Shown: positions 25,882 to 36,900 of the stretch, one piece after another | Layout of the letters: each line of letters begins with the position of its first letter | How positions within the stretch are numbered: the first letter of the stretch is position 1 | From: Carcharhinus longimanus | Lineage: Eukaryota | Reading direction: 5' to 3' | Assembly (NCBI GenBank): GCA_030264375.1 | Contig: JASCQW010000162.1 | Span: 34,098,853-34,162,852, forward strand | DNA: 64,000 nucleotides | Position numbers and translations under genes: made by a program | The notes under the pieces: model-generated | Database searches by the model: none | What the model saw: the letters and a program-made list of their open reading frames with translations, nothing else | What the model was told of the DNA's origin: nothing

Positions 25882-26812
25882 AAAGAGTCTCTGCAGTCTA
25901 AACCATTATCACCTGCTTCTGAACCAAAACGTACACAGCATAAAAAATCAGAGCACAACTTTGCAGCCTGGCCAAGCTTTTACTTATTCCAGTTGTGAAA
26001 CCCTGGGAGAAACAATCTTGTGGAGGAGACTGGGGTCTCAGTTACCAGCCAGCAAGCCGGAAAGATATCATATCCCCTGCCACAATTTTGCCACTCAGGT
26101 ACTTGACAGGCCAATGGTGAGCTTTTCCCTGGACTCAAGAATCTAAGGAGTAGATGTCCCACCCACCTAAAACTGCTGGCCAATCTGAGGCCAGCAGTTT
26201 TTCTGTACTCAGCAGCACCAGATGGTGGCTGCTTCCGGTAATACACCCAACGAAAGCTTCAGATCAAGAAGGGCTCTAGGAACAGATGAGTGAATGCAGG
26301 AAGGGAGGTCTCAGGAAGGGGGTCACAGGAGAGGGAGAAATGCAGCTGGTGTTTCTCAGTGGGCGATCCCTTTCTAACTGGCCTCTCGATCAGGCACTGA
26401 ATGCCTTTGAATAAGGGTCCTGGGAGCCCTCAAAGAAAAATGCCATGTTTTGCTTGTCCTGCCCCCCGCATGATGAGCCTCCTGCTTGCCACAGCATTAA
26501 TACCAGCAACAGCAGGGTGGAACCCTTAACTGCGCATTAGTTCCCAGCTCAAAGGCTTCAGTTGGTAATGGGATGGTCAGGTTGTCCAAATGCCTACAAG
26601 TCCTGAACTTCATTGAGATGAAGGTGAAGTGGCAGGGTCTCCACCCTGCCCCATCCAATTAAATGCCCCCACCATCAAATTCATCAAAAGGGAAGGCACA
26701 GGATTCTGTATCAAGATTTGATATATCTAGTTTCCATCAAATTATTAAATTGTGTGATTTTCTAATGATTATGTTGAGTTTTGAAAGGAAACATTCCATA
26801 AAAATAGACCTA

Positions 26813-27143
26813 AGAATGTAAGAACATAAGAAATAAGAGCAGGAGCGGGCCATCTAGCCCTTCGAGCCTGCCCCGCTATTCAATAAGATCATGGCTGATC
26901 TGAAGTGGATCAGTTCCACTTTCCNNNNNNNNNNNNNNNNNNNNNNNNNNNNNNNNNNNNNNNNNNNNNNNNNNNNNNNNNNNNNNNNNNNNNNNNNNNN
27001 NNNNNNNNNNNNNNNNNNNNNNNNTTCCTCCTCAACTCCGATCTAAACTGCCTCCCCCTTATCTTGAGGCTGTGCCCTCTAGTCCTGCTATCCTTTCTAA
27101 GTGGGAAGAATCTCTCCACCTCTACCCCATACATCCCTTTCAT
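26813..27143 (-). mobile_element. CR1/HER1 LINE 3' end about 100 bp downstream of the exon 3 donor
   Basis: FFPLRKDSRTRGHSLKIRGRQFRSELRR plus 3'UTR and (taagaaca)n tail. Confidence 0.9.
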
Positions 27144-27241
27144 TAGGTGAGTACCAAGTTCTCATGAGATAGGCAATCTCTAAAGCAGTGAAATGAAAAG
27201 AGACAAAAAAAAGTATCAGAATCACTTGATAATTTTCCTAC

Positions 27242-27914
27242 CTTGGCAAGCTGTCTCCTTTTCAGCAGGTTCATATCCAGGAGCACAGGTACAAGCTCCA
27301 ACAGGTACCATCCACTCCCCGTCCCCATTACAATATAGCTTCAGCGGCACAGATAGTTCAATAGCATTACTCAGACAGGTACCAGGAGCAATGACAAGTG
27401 ATGTAGGTTCTGCTCCAGTAACCGTTTCTGGAAAAACGGCAAAATTTGCGATCACAGATGGGCATTTCTTGTAGAACACTCGCAGGGAAATGAGTGACAT
27501 GCACGACCCCAGATCCTGAAACGCTAAATAGAATCCATTCTTGGCCAATGGACCAAAGCTTCTGATCTTTGTGTTGACTCGCCCAGTCTCCAGTTTGGAA
27601 AAACTCTCATCAGGTGCAATGGTGTCCACTTTCACATAAGGGTTCTCCATCCAGAATGGTGTTGACGCTGTTGCTGAGTCTGTGTCAGATTCGTAGTAAA
27701 ATAAATTAAAAGTTTCCTTACAAGAACCTGGGATATTTGGTATGCTGTTGCAGTCCCGCACAGTGAATTTCATCTCCACATATACTCTCTGAACATCTTT
27801 ACGTGCTATGTAAGTAGTTCGAAGCCAATTATTCTGGTTTGCTTCCATCACATTACAGACCTGGTATGTGCGAATAGGATTTATTGCATCATCGTATCCA
27901 CTTACTTCTTCCCA
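27242..27914 (-). CDS. EPHB3: EPHB3 coding exon 3 (ephrin ligand-binding domain and start of Cys-rich region)
   Basis: Minus-strand translation [33 protein letters not shown]...[13 protein letters not shown]...[30 protein letters not shown]...[35 protein letters not shown]. Motifs [40 protein letters not shown] and the short 'GRVNTK' loop point to EphB3 rather than EphB1/B2. Acceptor ttcctttgttcAG at 27915-27916; donor GTagga at 27240-27241; 673 bp, phase 0 to phase 1. Confidence 0.96.
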
Positions 27915-28135
27915 CTGAACAAAGGAAACAAATAATATTTGTTGTAAAAAAAACTGTCATTTTACAATTGAATATGTTTCTGATATCATCTATATATTAA
28001 CTAGAAAGTCAGTAAATTGGGAGTCAAATGTCTAGTACTGTAACACTGATAGATGGCATTCTGATCAGTAGCATTCTAAATCATTTAAAATAATCCTTTT
28101 GTTGTTACTCAATCCCTACAACATTGCTGACAGCA

Positions 28136-28294
28136 TTCCTGTGTATATTATGATAATTTGTGATACAAGTTTTAGTGCCATTCTGTTGTTCCTATGTATA
28201 TTATGACAACATGTGATACATGTTTTAGTGCCATTCTGCAGTTCCTATGTATATTATGATAATTTGTGATACATGTTTTAGTGCCATTCTGCTG
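28136..28294. repeat. 53-bp tandem repeat, about 3 copies
   Basis: Unit ttcctatgtatattatgataatttgtgatacatgttttagtgccattctgcag with few substitutions between copies. Confidence 0.92.
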
Positions 28295-28963
28295 TAACAA
28301 AATATTATCAAGCATGCAACACAATTACCAGCCGACGGCACTGTTCCAGTGAAGCACAAACCAAGTTTGAGGAACAGCACCTCATTGTTCAACAATTTTA
28401 GACCGTAGACCAGGATTTTCTGGCATTGCCGTGGCAGGCTCCCCCGTGGTGCATGTGGCAAACCATCCAAATCTCCATTGATGTCAACGGGACTGGGCGA
28501 TCCCGTTGGTGGGAGGGACCAGAAATTACCACCCAATGGGGAGAATTTTGCTATTTTTTGGTCAAGTGTAAACCCAGTTAGGAAAAGCAGTGTTTAGCCC
28601 ACTGGCTACACTGCCAGCTTTTGCCGACACATATTGAAACACATTGCCAAAAGCAAAACCAGGAGGCGGATCCCGCGAGGTCACACTGGTGGAATAGATC
28701 CACCCAGAGCCCGCATCGCCAGTAACAGTGGCTCTAAGAATGCCTCAGTGTAAAAAAATAAAAGTAGAAATAAGCAGGCAGCCACCCCATCAGCACAGAA
28801 CACGCTCCTCCTCCCCCTCCCCTTACAACCACCACGTATCCCCCCATACTATGTAACTCCAGGCAGCTCCTCCACAGAATCCCACACCTTGACTAGTGCT
28901 AAGGGCAGTGCCTGGGGAAGTGCCAGGTACTGCCCAGATATGAATGTTTTGGGACTCCCTGGG

Positions 28964-28994
<31 letters not shown>

Positions 28995-29189
28995 CCNNNN
29001 NNNNNNNNNNNNNNNNNNNNNNNNNNNNNNNNNNNNNNNNNNNNNNNNNNNNNNNNNNNNNNNNNNNNNNNNNNNNNNNNNNNNNNNNNNNNNNNNCCCT
29101 CCCCCCCGCCGATTCTCCACCTCTGCCTCCATTCCTGCCTTCCGAAATCCCCCCGTCATTGCCTATGCCCCATTTTGTTTGCAGTCAGA

Positions 29190-29483
29190 GCACACATGCC
29201 CTAGGCACATCCTTTTATTCACTGTTTTCTTGCACCATCTCCTTTCCCTTTGGCCCTTTAAGACTAACCTTTCTGTCTTCCAATCTCTCCTGTCTTCCAC
29301 CCTATCACAGGTCTTCTCTTTGTCATTGTCCCACCCACCCCTCACCTGAAACCTATATCATCTTTAACTTTTTCCAGTTCTGATGAAAGGTCATGGACCC
29401 AAAGTGATGTATAACCTATTGATTATTTCCAGAATTTTTTGTTTTAATTTCAGATTTCCCACATCCGCAGTACTCTGCTTTTC
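29190..29483 (+). mobile_element. Penelope-like 3' region/pLTR fragment (second family)
   Basis: Pyrimidine-rich stretch, then ttCTGATGAaaggtcatggacc... and tatttccagaattt...ttcagatttcccacatccgcagtactctgcttt. Related copies at about 1020-1165, 31930-32010 and 47035-47235. Confidence 0.55.
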
Positions 29484-32129
29484 AATTAGCACCCAACATA
29501 TTTAACTTACCTCTAATCAGCTTTTGTAACATTTTGAATAGACAAGTTTCTGTGAATAGAGGTGTTATGTGTACATGACAATTCACGGTGCAATATTGTG
29601 TGATCTTTACTGATTGACTTCCGAGAACACAGACTGACACTTGAGGCTGCTGGTTCAGGCAAACTAAAATAACTGCAAAGATTTGTTTTCTAAGATGTGA
29701 TTATAGATGTCCAGGCTGCTAGATTTACTAAGTAGTTAATAGCTGTTAAAGGTCAGAGGTCCCATCAAGTCTAGTCATGTCAATATAATAACCAAAGCTG
29801 CTTTTTTCTTTTAAGTAGCTGGACCCTCTCAGGACTCTGAACTTAAGCTTGCTGAAGGTGAAGGTATTTTTCAAAGGTGAGATTGCATTATTGCTTGACC
29901 TACTGAACATCACTGCAGCTTACAATATGCATAACTACTGTTTAGGGACAAATTGCAAGTTAATTTAGTTCTTTCTAATCAGTGAAACAACTTCAAAAAA
30001 TCTAATTAGATTTGTTTTCTGCTTTATGAGCTAATTTAAATTAAACAATTGTCGTTGTAGTCACACAGTGCAGCTAATTATGTTTTTCTCAAAAGAAAAT
30101 GACCTTGGAGTTGAGATACATTGTAATACTGATTCCAATCTATGCTTTGGATCAGAGAACTGAAGAGGAAGAGGAGACAGCATGCAATGCTACTAAAATA
30201 TTTGTGACTGGATGAGGTGCAATCAACAGGCTAAACTGCCTCTTCTTGTTCTACTTCATACATCCTTATGTTTATCTTTCAGAGCTATTGCAAATGCATC
30301 TTAAGAAGTAACTTTCGTGGTTGCAGTAATTACTTAATGCTGCAAGCTTCTAAAAGCTTGGCAACCACAATCTGTTTCATAGGCATGTTTGTATACATAT
30401 ATGAATTGAGGAGTTGCCCGACTAATTTACGAACACAGATTAGGCAAAGATATACACAATTGAGGAAGGCGCCTTGATGCATTTATTTTATCCAAACACC
30501 GTCTTTCTGGGACTTTCATATGAAAGAGTGTTTGTTTTTAAACATTTCAAAAATATTTATTGGAAGCAAAAATAAAGTGAAACTCAGACTTGCTTAAGAC
30601 AAGACTGTTTTGTTTTGTTCCATGGAAATATTGCCCGTGTACGTTGGGCACACAAAAGTCATGCGATGGATAAGGTGGGAAAATATATACGTTGCACATG
30701 TGCTTCCAATGCAGAAATGAAATCTATAATATTTGTCAGGCTGAATGATGAAAGGGCAGAGAGAGATTAATGATAATTTCATTCATTGCCCTTTTTTTTC
30801 TATTCAGAAGTTTCACACCTGTTCAAATATTCCTCCTCATATTGCTACTGACAGAGATAAAATGCTCTGTGTGGTACTCATCACCAGTTTATTTCACTTG
30901 TAGTTTAGTGCAGTCTTAATTCAAATATAATGCTGAATGAGGCAGAATTTCTATTGTGGCTAATTAGTTATACGTGTACCAGGATTTGGCTGTATTTAGT
31001 ATTCTTTCTAATTAATTCCCATTCTTGCAAACAATCCTTTCAATGAATTCCTATAACTCCTGTCTTTTACTATTTTTATTGACATATGCTGGAATAATTG
31101 ATTTATTACTTGACACTGAATAGTTAAGCCAAGTTGTTTTATGTCCTCATATGATTCCAAGTCACTTTGTAATTGTCCACTATTATTCAAATATTGGGGA
31201 TCTTGGACTGAGTTCTTACTCTGAAGCTGTGCAAACAATGGCACTTGCAAGATTTGGTGGATAATTGAAAAAAAGAACAAATTTTTCATAATGTACACAT
31301 TAGCAATTATATATAGATAAAGGGGACATTTTCCTGGACCTGTGCCCAGCTGCACTGTATTGTATGGGCTGAATATCAGGAATTCAGCCAGGTTGAAACT
31401 TAGGCCTGTAAGGTAATTTATTCAATTTTCATCCTCAAATTAATTGAAATTGTAGAAAATTGAGCAGGCTTGGTTACAGCACTATATTCCCACTCGCCCA
31501 ATACACCTGGGCCCAGATCCATGAAAATCTCTGCTCACAACTCTTCCTGTTCCGCTGACTCAAATATAATATTTCAATTGAGGAACGATGTTTTCAAGGC
31601 AACTGACGCCTTTTTGTTTTATTTTGCATTGCCTCATGTTGAAATATTCCAAACTGTTTCACACAATTAATTACTTCACTAGTGCAAGGGGCATTATATA
31701 GAGAGAAGCAGCAACCATTCTCCATTTGCAATGTCCCACAAACAACGAGATGAAAGTGCAAATAGTCTGTTTTTAACAATATTAATTTTCCAGGATGTGA
31801 TTCTTAATCTTATTTATGCAGTGTTAAAGTGTCTTTAACAATTTTAAGGGACAGATCCTCAGCTGAACAGAAAGGGCAATAGTTCCATCAATGCCCAGTA
31901 CCTTTAGCACTGCAATATTAGATCACCAACTTGAAATGTTAACTTGGTTCCGCCGTCCATAAACATTGCCTGATCTGCTGAGTATTTCCAGCATTTTCTC
32001 TTTTGATTTCCCTCATCACCGTACCAGAATGTCAGCCTAAGTAATCACTTCAAAGTACTTAAGTTCTGAGAAGTTGTTTTACTGTTTTCATTGCGTCAGT
32101 CAATGATCTATTGTGTAAATTGTCCTTAC

Positions 32130-32194
32130 CCCTGAATCTGGGTGTGCAGTCCATCCCAACTCAGCAGTTGCCCATCTCGAATCCATAAGAGTCT
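32130..32194 (-). CDS. EPHB3: EPHB3 coding exon 2 (65 bp, N-terminus of mature ligand-binding domain)
   Basis: Reverse complement reads ccacAG|AG ACT CTT ATG GAT TCG AGA TGG GCA ACT GCT GAG TTG GGA TGG ACT GCA CAC CCA GAT TCA GGG|GTaagg = (E)TLMDSRWATAELGWTAHPDSG. It splices in frame (phase 0) onto WEEVSG of exon 3. Too short for the ORF track. Confidence 0.95.
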
Positions 32195-33859
32195 CTGTGG
32201 ACCAAAATGGAGGCATTATCAATGTAGGATCTAACAATGAAAAAAACTGTGGTGAAATACTAAGATGAGTCACAGTAACTCATGTATTCCCAAAGCCCAA
32301 AGAATAAATCAGAGCCAACTTTCCCCTGCATTTATAACCCGAATTTCCCATCCACGCATGGAGAAATGAACTGTGCAAAGGGTATGTTTATGTCTTTTGA
32401 ATCAAATGTTTTGCGCTTTAGCTACAGAATTTTTGATTTATGCAAAATACAACCTGAGGGTCTCAGCACATAAATCAGCACTTTAAAAGACAAAGGTTAA
32501 GGAAACCAGGGGCACAAGTTGCTTGGGAGGGAGGACAGGGTCAAAAGCACAGAAGGGTTTTAAAATGAATCAGGATAATTCACATTAAAGATGCCCTACA
32601 GCAGAAAGCGACTGTTACAAATCAGTGAAACAGGAACGATTTCTGTAGCCATCTATGATGAAGGCCAGCTGCTCTGCAACTTGACTATTATAAAGAGCTA
32701 TTTTTGAATTAAATCTGTGTAGATAAATAGATTTCTCAAAATATACTTCAAGCATAAACAGCTCGTTTTGATCCATACAGAAGACATGGCAGATGGAAAG
32801 ATGACAAGTGAGAAGGTCAGAGGTAAAGGCAAGTTTATCAAGCTGTAAAGGTATGGGGCTAGCATTAGGATCTTCCACTCTCGCCCACAGTGGGAATTGT
32901 CGCAGGAGGGAACGGACAATTTAACGGACCATTAAAAGGTCCGTTGACCTCGGGTGGGAATTTCTGGTCCCTGGCAAGCGGGACCAGAAAGTTCAGCCCA
33001 TGATAACTAATGATCCATTGGAGCTTGTTTTGAGGTTATTGGTATTTACTCCACACATGCAAAAATGAACCTAACTTAGAAATTAAAGAAACAAAATCAT
33101 CAAAATTTGCTGATGGCATCTATTTGAAACAATGGGAAACTATGACTGGGACTATGAAAGATCAAAGGGACCAGTATAGGCATCAGGATGGGCAGATACT
33201 GACAGAGACAATCTAATTCAGTGAAAAAAATTATAAGAAATAGGAGTGTCCTGTTAATTGTAAGATTTTTGAAAGGGTAATGAAGCCTTGGTCCACAGAT
33301 GCACTGGGTGCAGATTTGTGCCCATATCTGCCACGAGTGCAGATGGCAATGCCAGCAGAAAATCTCACGGGAATCAGAAAATGGGATTCCCTCTGGCGAG
33401 ATCTCAATTTCTGATTTTCCCACCCCTTGCTGGTGTTATAACAAGGTTCGGCCCTTTTGTTCAACACAGAAGATTGCTTTCCCACCACGTCATCCTCCTA
33501 CATTTCGTATTCTTGACATGACAGTTTGCAACTGCTTTTTAAAAATATTAAGTAGTCAAGAGGAACCCACCAAAGATGCACAACTATGTCTAGCTCCTGG
33601 AAGGGAGAGGCACATGCCTCCCCAGTGCCCTGGCACTGCCCCCTGGTATTTTTCTAAGCTCAGATCAGGGCACTGACCCAATCTCTGTGAAGCTGGCCTT
33701 GCCAGCTCTATTTGGCCCTGACCCACCACCACCATGGCATGGGCAATGCTTCCAGGTTTTTTTGTGCACAAAGTGCCAGATTATCTGGAAGAGAACTCGA
33801 CTGTGCAGCTGGAGAGCTGCATGCTGGTTTTCTTGCCTCAGCCAACACTCTGTGCGCAG

Positions 33860-34110
33860 AGTGGAAAATGCTGCCCATGGGTTATTATAGGAGGCAACAT
33901 AAATAGAAATGAAACCAAATGTCACCACTGCCCCAGAGGCTGCTCTCCCCTTTGAGAGAGAGAGCTGACAGAGTCACCACACCCCAGGTGAGGGGCAAGG
34001 TTGAGAAAGTGGGATCTCCATGATAACCTCAACTGATACAGGAATTGAACCTGCGTTGTCGGCATCCCTCACTAACCAGTTGTCCAGCCAACTGAGCTAA
34101 CTGACCCCCT
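33860..34110 (-). mobile_element. tRNA-derived SINE of a different family
   Basis: Minus-strand head ggggtcagttagctcagttggctggac...gcaggttcaattcct with A-box and B-box-like motifs. Confidence 0.7.
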
Positions 34111-34999
34111 TAACACAAGTGGATAAGGCCATCAAAAGCATGTTAAATTGTTCCTATTGTATCAACAGGCACATAAAAAACAAAGTAATAAGTAAAAGCA
34201 AATAAGATTAAGCCTCATTTACATTTCAATTTAATACTTGTCAGCTGGCAGTTGCAGGAAGCACACAAAAGCAATGAGAAAGTAAAATGTACCTTCATTA
34301 AGGTGTTATCAGGCATTAGAGATTAGTTATGAAGGAAAATTTGATAAGTTTGAGTGTTTAAGTGGAACTAAATGGATTAAAGGTCTTCAAAGTATTGAAA
34401 GTTAAGTTGATATTGATCAATGAAACATTGATAAGAGAACAGAATTTTAAGACAGAAAATATGACTTTATTACAAAAAAAGTGAAGTTAGAAAAAAATTC
34501 TTCATATAGATGATGGTTGGAATATGGGATTCATTGCTATAAACCTTTGCTGAAGTGATGTTCACAATTTTTTATAAAGGCAATGACATTGTTGTTTTTA
34601 AGGAAGGAATTTGTGTTTACATAGCAACGTTTACATCCTCAGGGGACCCAAAAGTATTTCACAACCTATGGATTAGTGATGAAGGACACGGATGATAAGT
34701 CAACATATGTGGCAGCCAAATCACACACATAACCGACAAACTGGCCAATTCATCTGCTTTTTCATGATGTTGGTTAAGGGAGTAATATTGGCAGCACATC
34801 AGGAAAATTTGTGCTCTTATTTAAATTGTATCGTGAGATATTTTGCAGTTGCGCTACAAGTCACAGAATCCTAGACATTTATAGCTGAGATAAGGCCATT
34901 CTGCCAGCATCCAAAAGGCAGCCTTTCCAACAATGAAATGTTGGGGTCTCGGTTATACGCTCATATCTATAGTGCATCTTGAACTGTTTACTTACTTCG

Positions 35000-35465
35000 A
35001 ATCAGAGATAGATAGGTTCTTGATCAGTAAGGGGATCAAAGATTACTGGGAAAAGGCAAGAAATTGGGGCTGAGAAACATCAGCCAAGATCAAATGGTGG
35101 AGCAGACGCGATGGGCTGAATGACCTAATTCTGCTCTTATATCTTATGGTCTACTGACTTGCAGGTAACAGTACTACCAATTGAGTGAAGCTGCAAAAAG
35201 AAAATTAAAGAGTATAAAACTGAATAGGTTATGCATTGGATCAGGTGGCCAAAGGGGGATAAACACCAGAGCAGGTTCAAATGGCCTTATTCTATCCTGA
35301 AATATTAAGACAGAGATAGATAGGTTCTTGATTAATAAGGGGATCAGGGGTTGTAGGGAAAAGGCAGGAGAATGGGGATGAGAAAAATATCAGCCATTAT
35401 TGACTGGCGGAGCAGACTCAATTGGCTGAGTGACCTCATTCTGCTCCTGTGTCTTACAGTTTTAT
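35000..35465 (+). mobile_element. Two CR1/HER1 3'-end fragments (35000-35150 and 35305-35465)
   Basis: agagatagataggttcttgat...gggccgaatggcctaattctgctcct consensus. Similar short 3' ends at 39784-39940, 44200-44345, 49040-49185 and 55508-55590. Confidence 0.85.
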
Positions 35466-35689
35466 GGTTTCAGTGTTTGTAATCGAAGATATTGCCTTGT
35501 TTGGGATTATTTGCAGGTCTTTTTCTTTCTAGTGAGGAGCTTGTTGAGTTGGTTGTATGACATGAAAGTTGTGTGGTATTTACCTGTTTTGTATGTGCTA
35601 TCATTCTTGCATTTACGCTGAGGGAGTGTATTTGTTGGTACCATTCACTTTATTTATAGAGAAGATGAGTAGCACCACAGCAAGTTCGG

Positions 35690-36900
35690 TATGGCCTTAT
35701 AAATCCTCATTGTGGTTGAGGAAAACCCCCATTAGAACTATTAGTGTCCCATTTTTCTTTTGTACTTCTGTTATTGGTAGGCGTCTTCTGGAGGGCTGGG
35801 ACTTTGAGGGCCCAGCCTGATTTGGATGTCCTGCTATGGGGCAGGTGTACCCTCCTTGGCATGTGGAGCTGTGGTGGGATTACAGGAAAAGGGGATTCGG
35901 ACCATTGAGATCCTCCAGCAGTCATCTGGGTGGATGGCCTCGGAGTGTTGAGCTGCTGGTCTTCCTCCCTATGGGTGCCTGACAGCCCCTGGCTGATTTA
36001 CTGTGGAAAAGGGAAAGTTTTATTGAGATCGAGTTGCTGCCTTCCTTTCTTGTTTTGACATTGATGGATACCACCACAGCTAAATCAATGGAGTACAACT
36101 TCTGCACCAGTGCAAGACTGATGTCCTGGCCAAGATCTTCATGACACATCCTATCAGTGTTGACCTCAGTGCATTAGTGTGCTGACACTATAAGCTCAGA
36201 CTGAAGCTTAGACATTGTGCATTGTAATCTGAGGAGTGCGGTTGACGTCCCTTCCTGACGTTCCTGAGTTTGGCTTTGCAGAGCTACTGACTAATTTAGG
36301 GCTGAGCCCAGAGGCTCATCATCAGACTTGGACTCAGCAAATTCCTGGCCCCCAGCAAATCTTCGAGGGCTGGCAACCTGGGATGTTGTTGCTTCCGCCT
36401 GCTGTGAATCAGATTGTGAGCCCAATACTACTCTAGGACTAGGTCCAACCAAAGTGTTTGTCTCTTTGCCGATAGAAGGTGCGGGTAAGTGCTGTGTCAG
36501 GTCTGCGAAGGCGTTGTGCTTGGTTTCCTCATCTAAGGTGTCATTGGGCTTGCATTTGAGGGCCTGGCTCCTTGTTGCCCTCGGCAGCTTTCTAGAGGTG
36601 CCTGGAAAGGAAAGGAGAGGTAATTAGTGCATGGCAGGGGACTGTGAAGCAGGAGACATCACTCACAGTATGGTTGTCTGATGGATATTGCAGTGCAGGA
36701 TCTTCACTGGGTGTACGCCACCAACCTTATCATCATCAGGGATATGGCCTGTGTCCACTCTGGCCAGGTCAATGTTTTCAAAGTTCATGAGAACCTTGGT
36801 CTCGAAGACTCCTCTGCCAGTATGGGATCTCTCTTTCTGTGAGGCACATGTCTGCATGAAGACAAGTGGAGAGAGTGTGAGCAAGATGCATATGAGGGAA
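35690..36900 (-). mobile_element. Possible PIF/Harbinger transposon remnant (Myb/SANT-type ORF, degraded)
   Basis: GC-richer block. ORF 36663-36884 contains SQKERSHTGRGVFETKVLMNFE, resembling the 'RER..TGGG.P....LT.FE' motif that follows Myb/SANT domains in Harbinger accessory proteins. Confidence 0.5.

Noticed and set aside
1-27241. EPHB3 exon 4 (expected CPPG..K...G...C..CP.NS) or later exons
   Set aside because: No matching peptide found by eye on the minus strand; probably beyond the window start, although a manual scan could miss it.
27222-27851. ORF-track 209-aa ORF as a stand-alone gene
   Set aside because: It is an internal exon. The true bounds are splice sites at 27914 and 27242; the apparent start and the GRKIIK tail are artefacts of ORF calling.
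28968-29096. Long poly-C run and poly-Pro/Gly ORFs
   Set aside because: Abuts an N gap; likely a homopolymer or assembly-edge artefact.
33990-34110. tRNA gene
   Set aside because: A/B-box-like motifs belong to a SINE head; no complete cloverleaf. The same applies to the HE1 heads.
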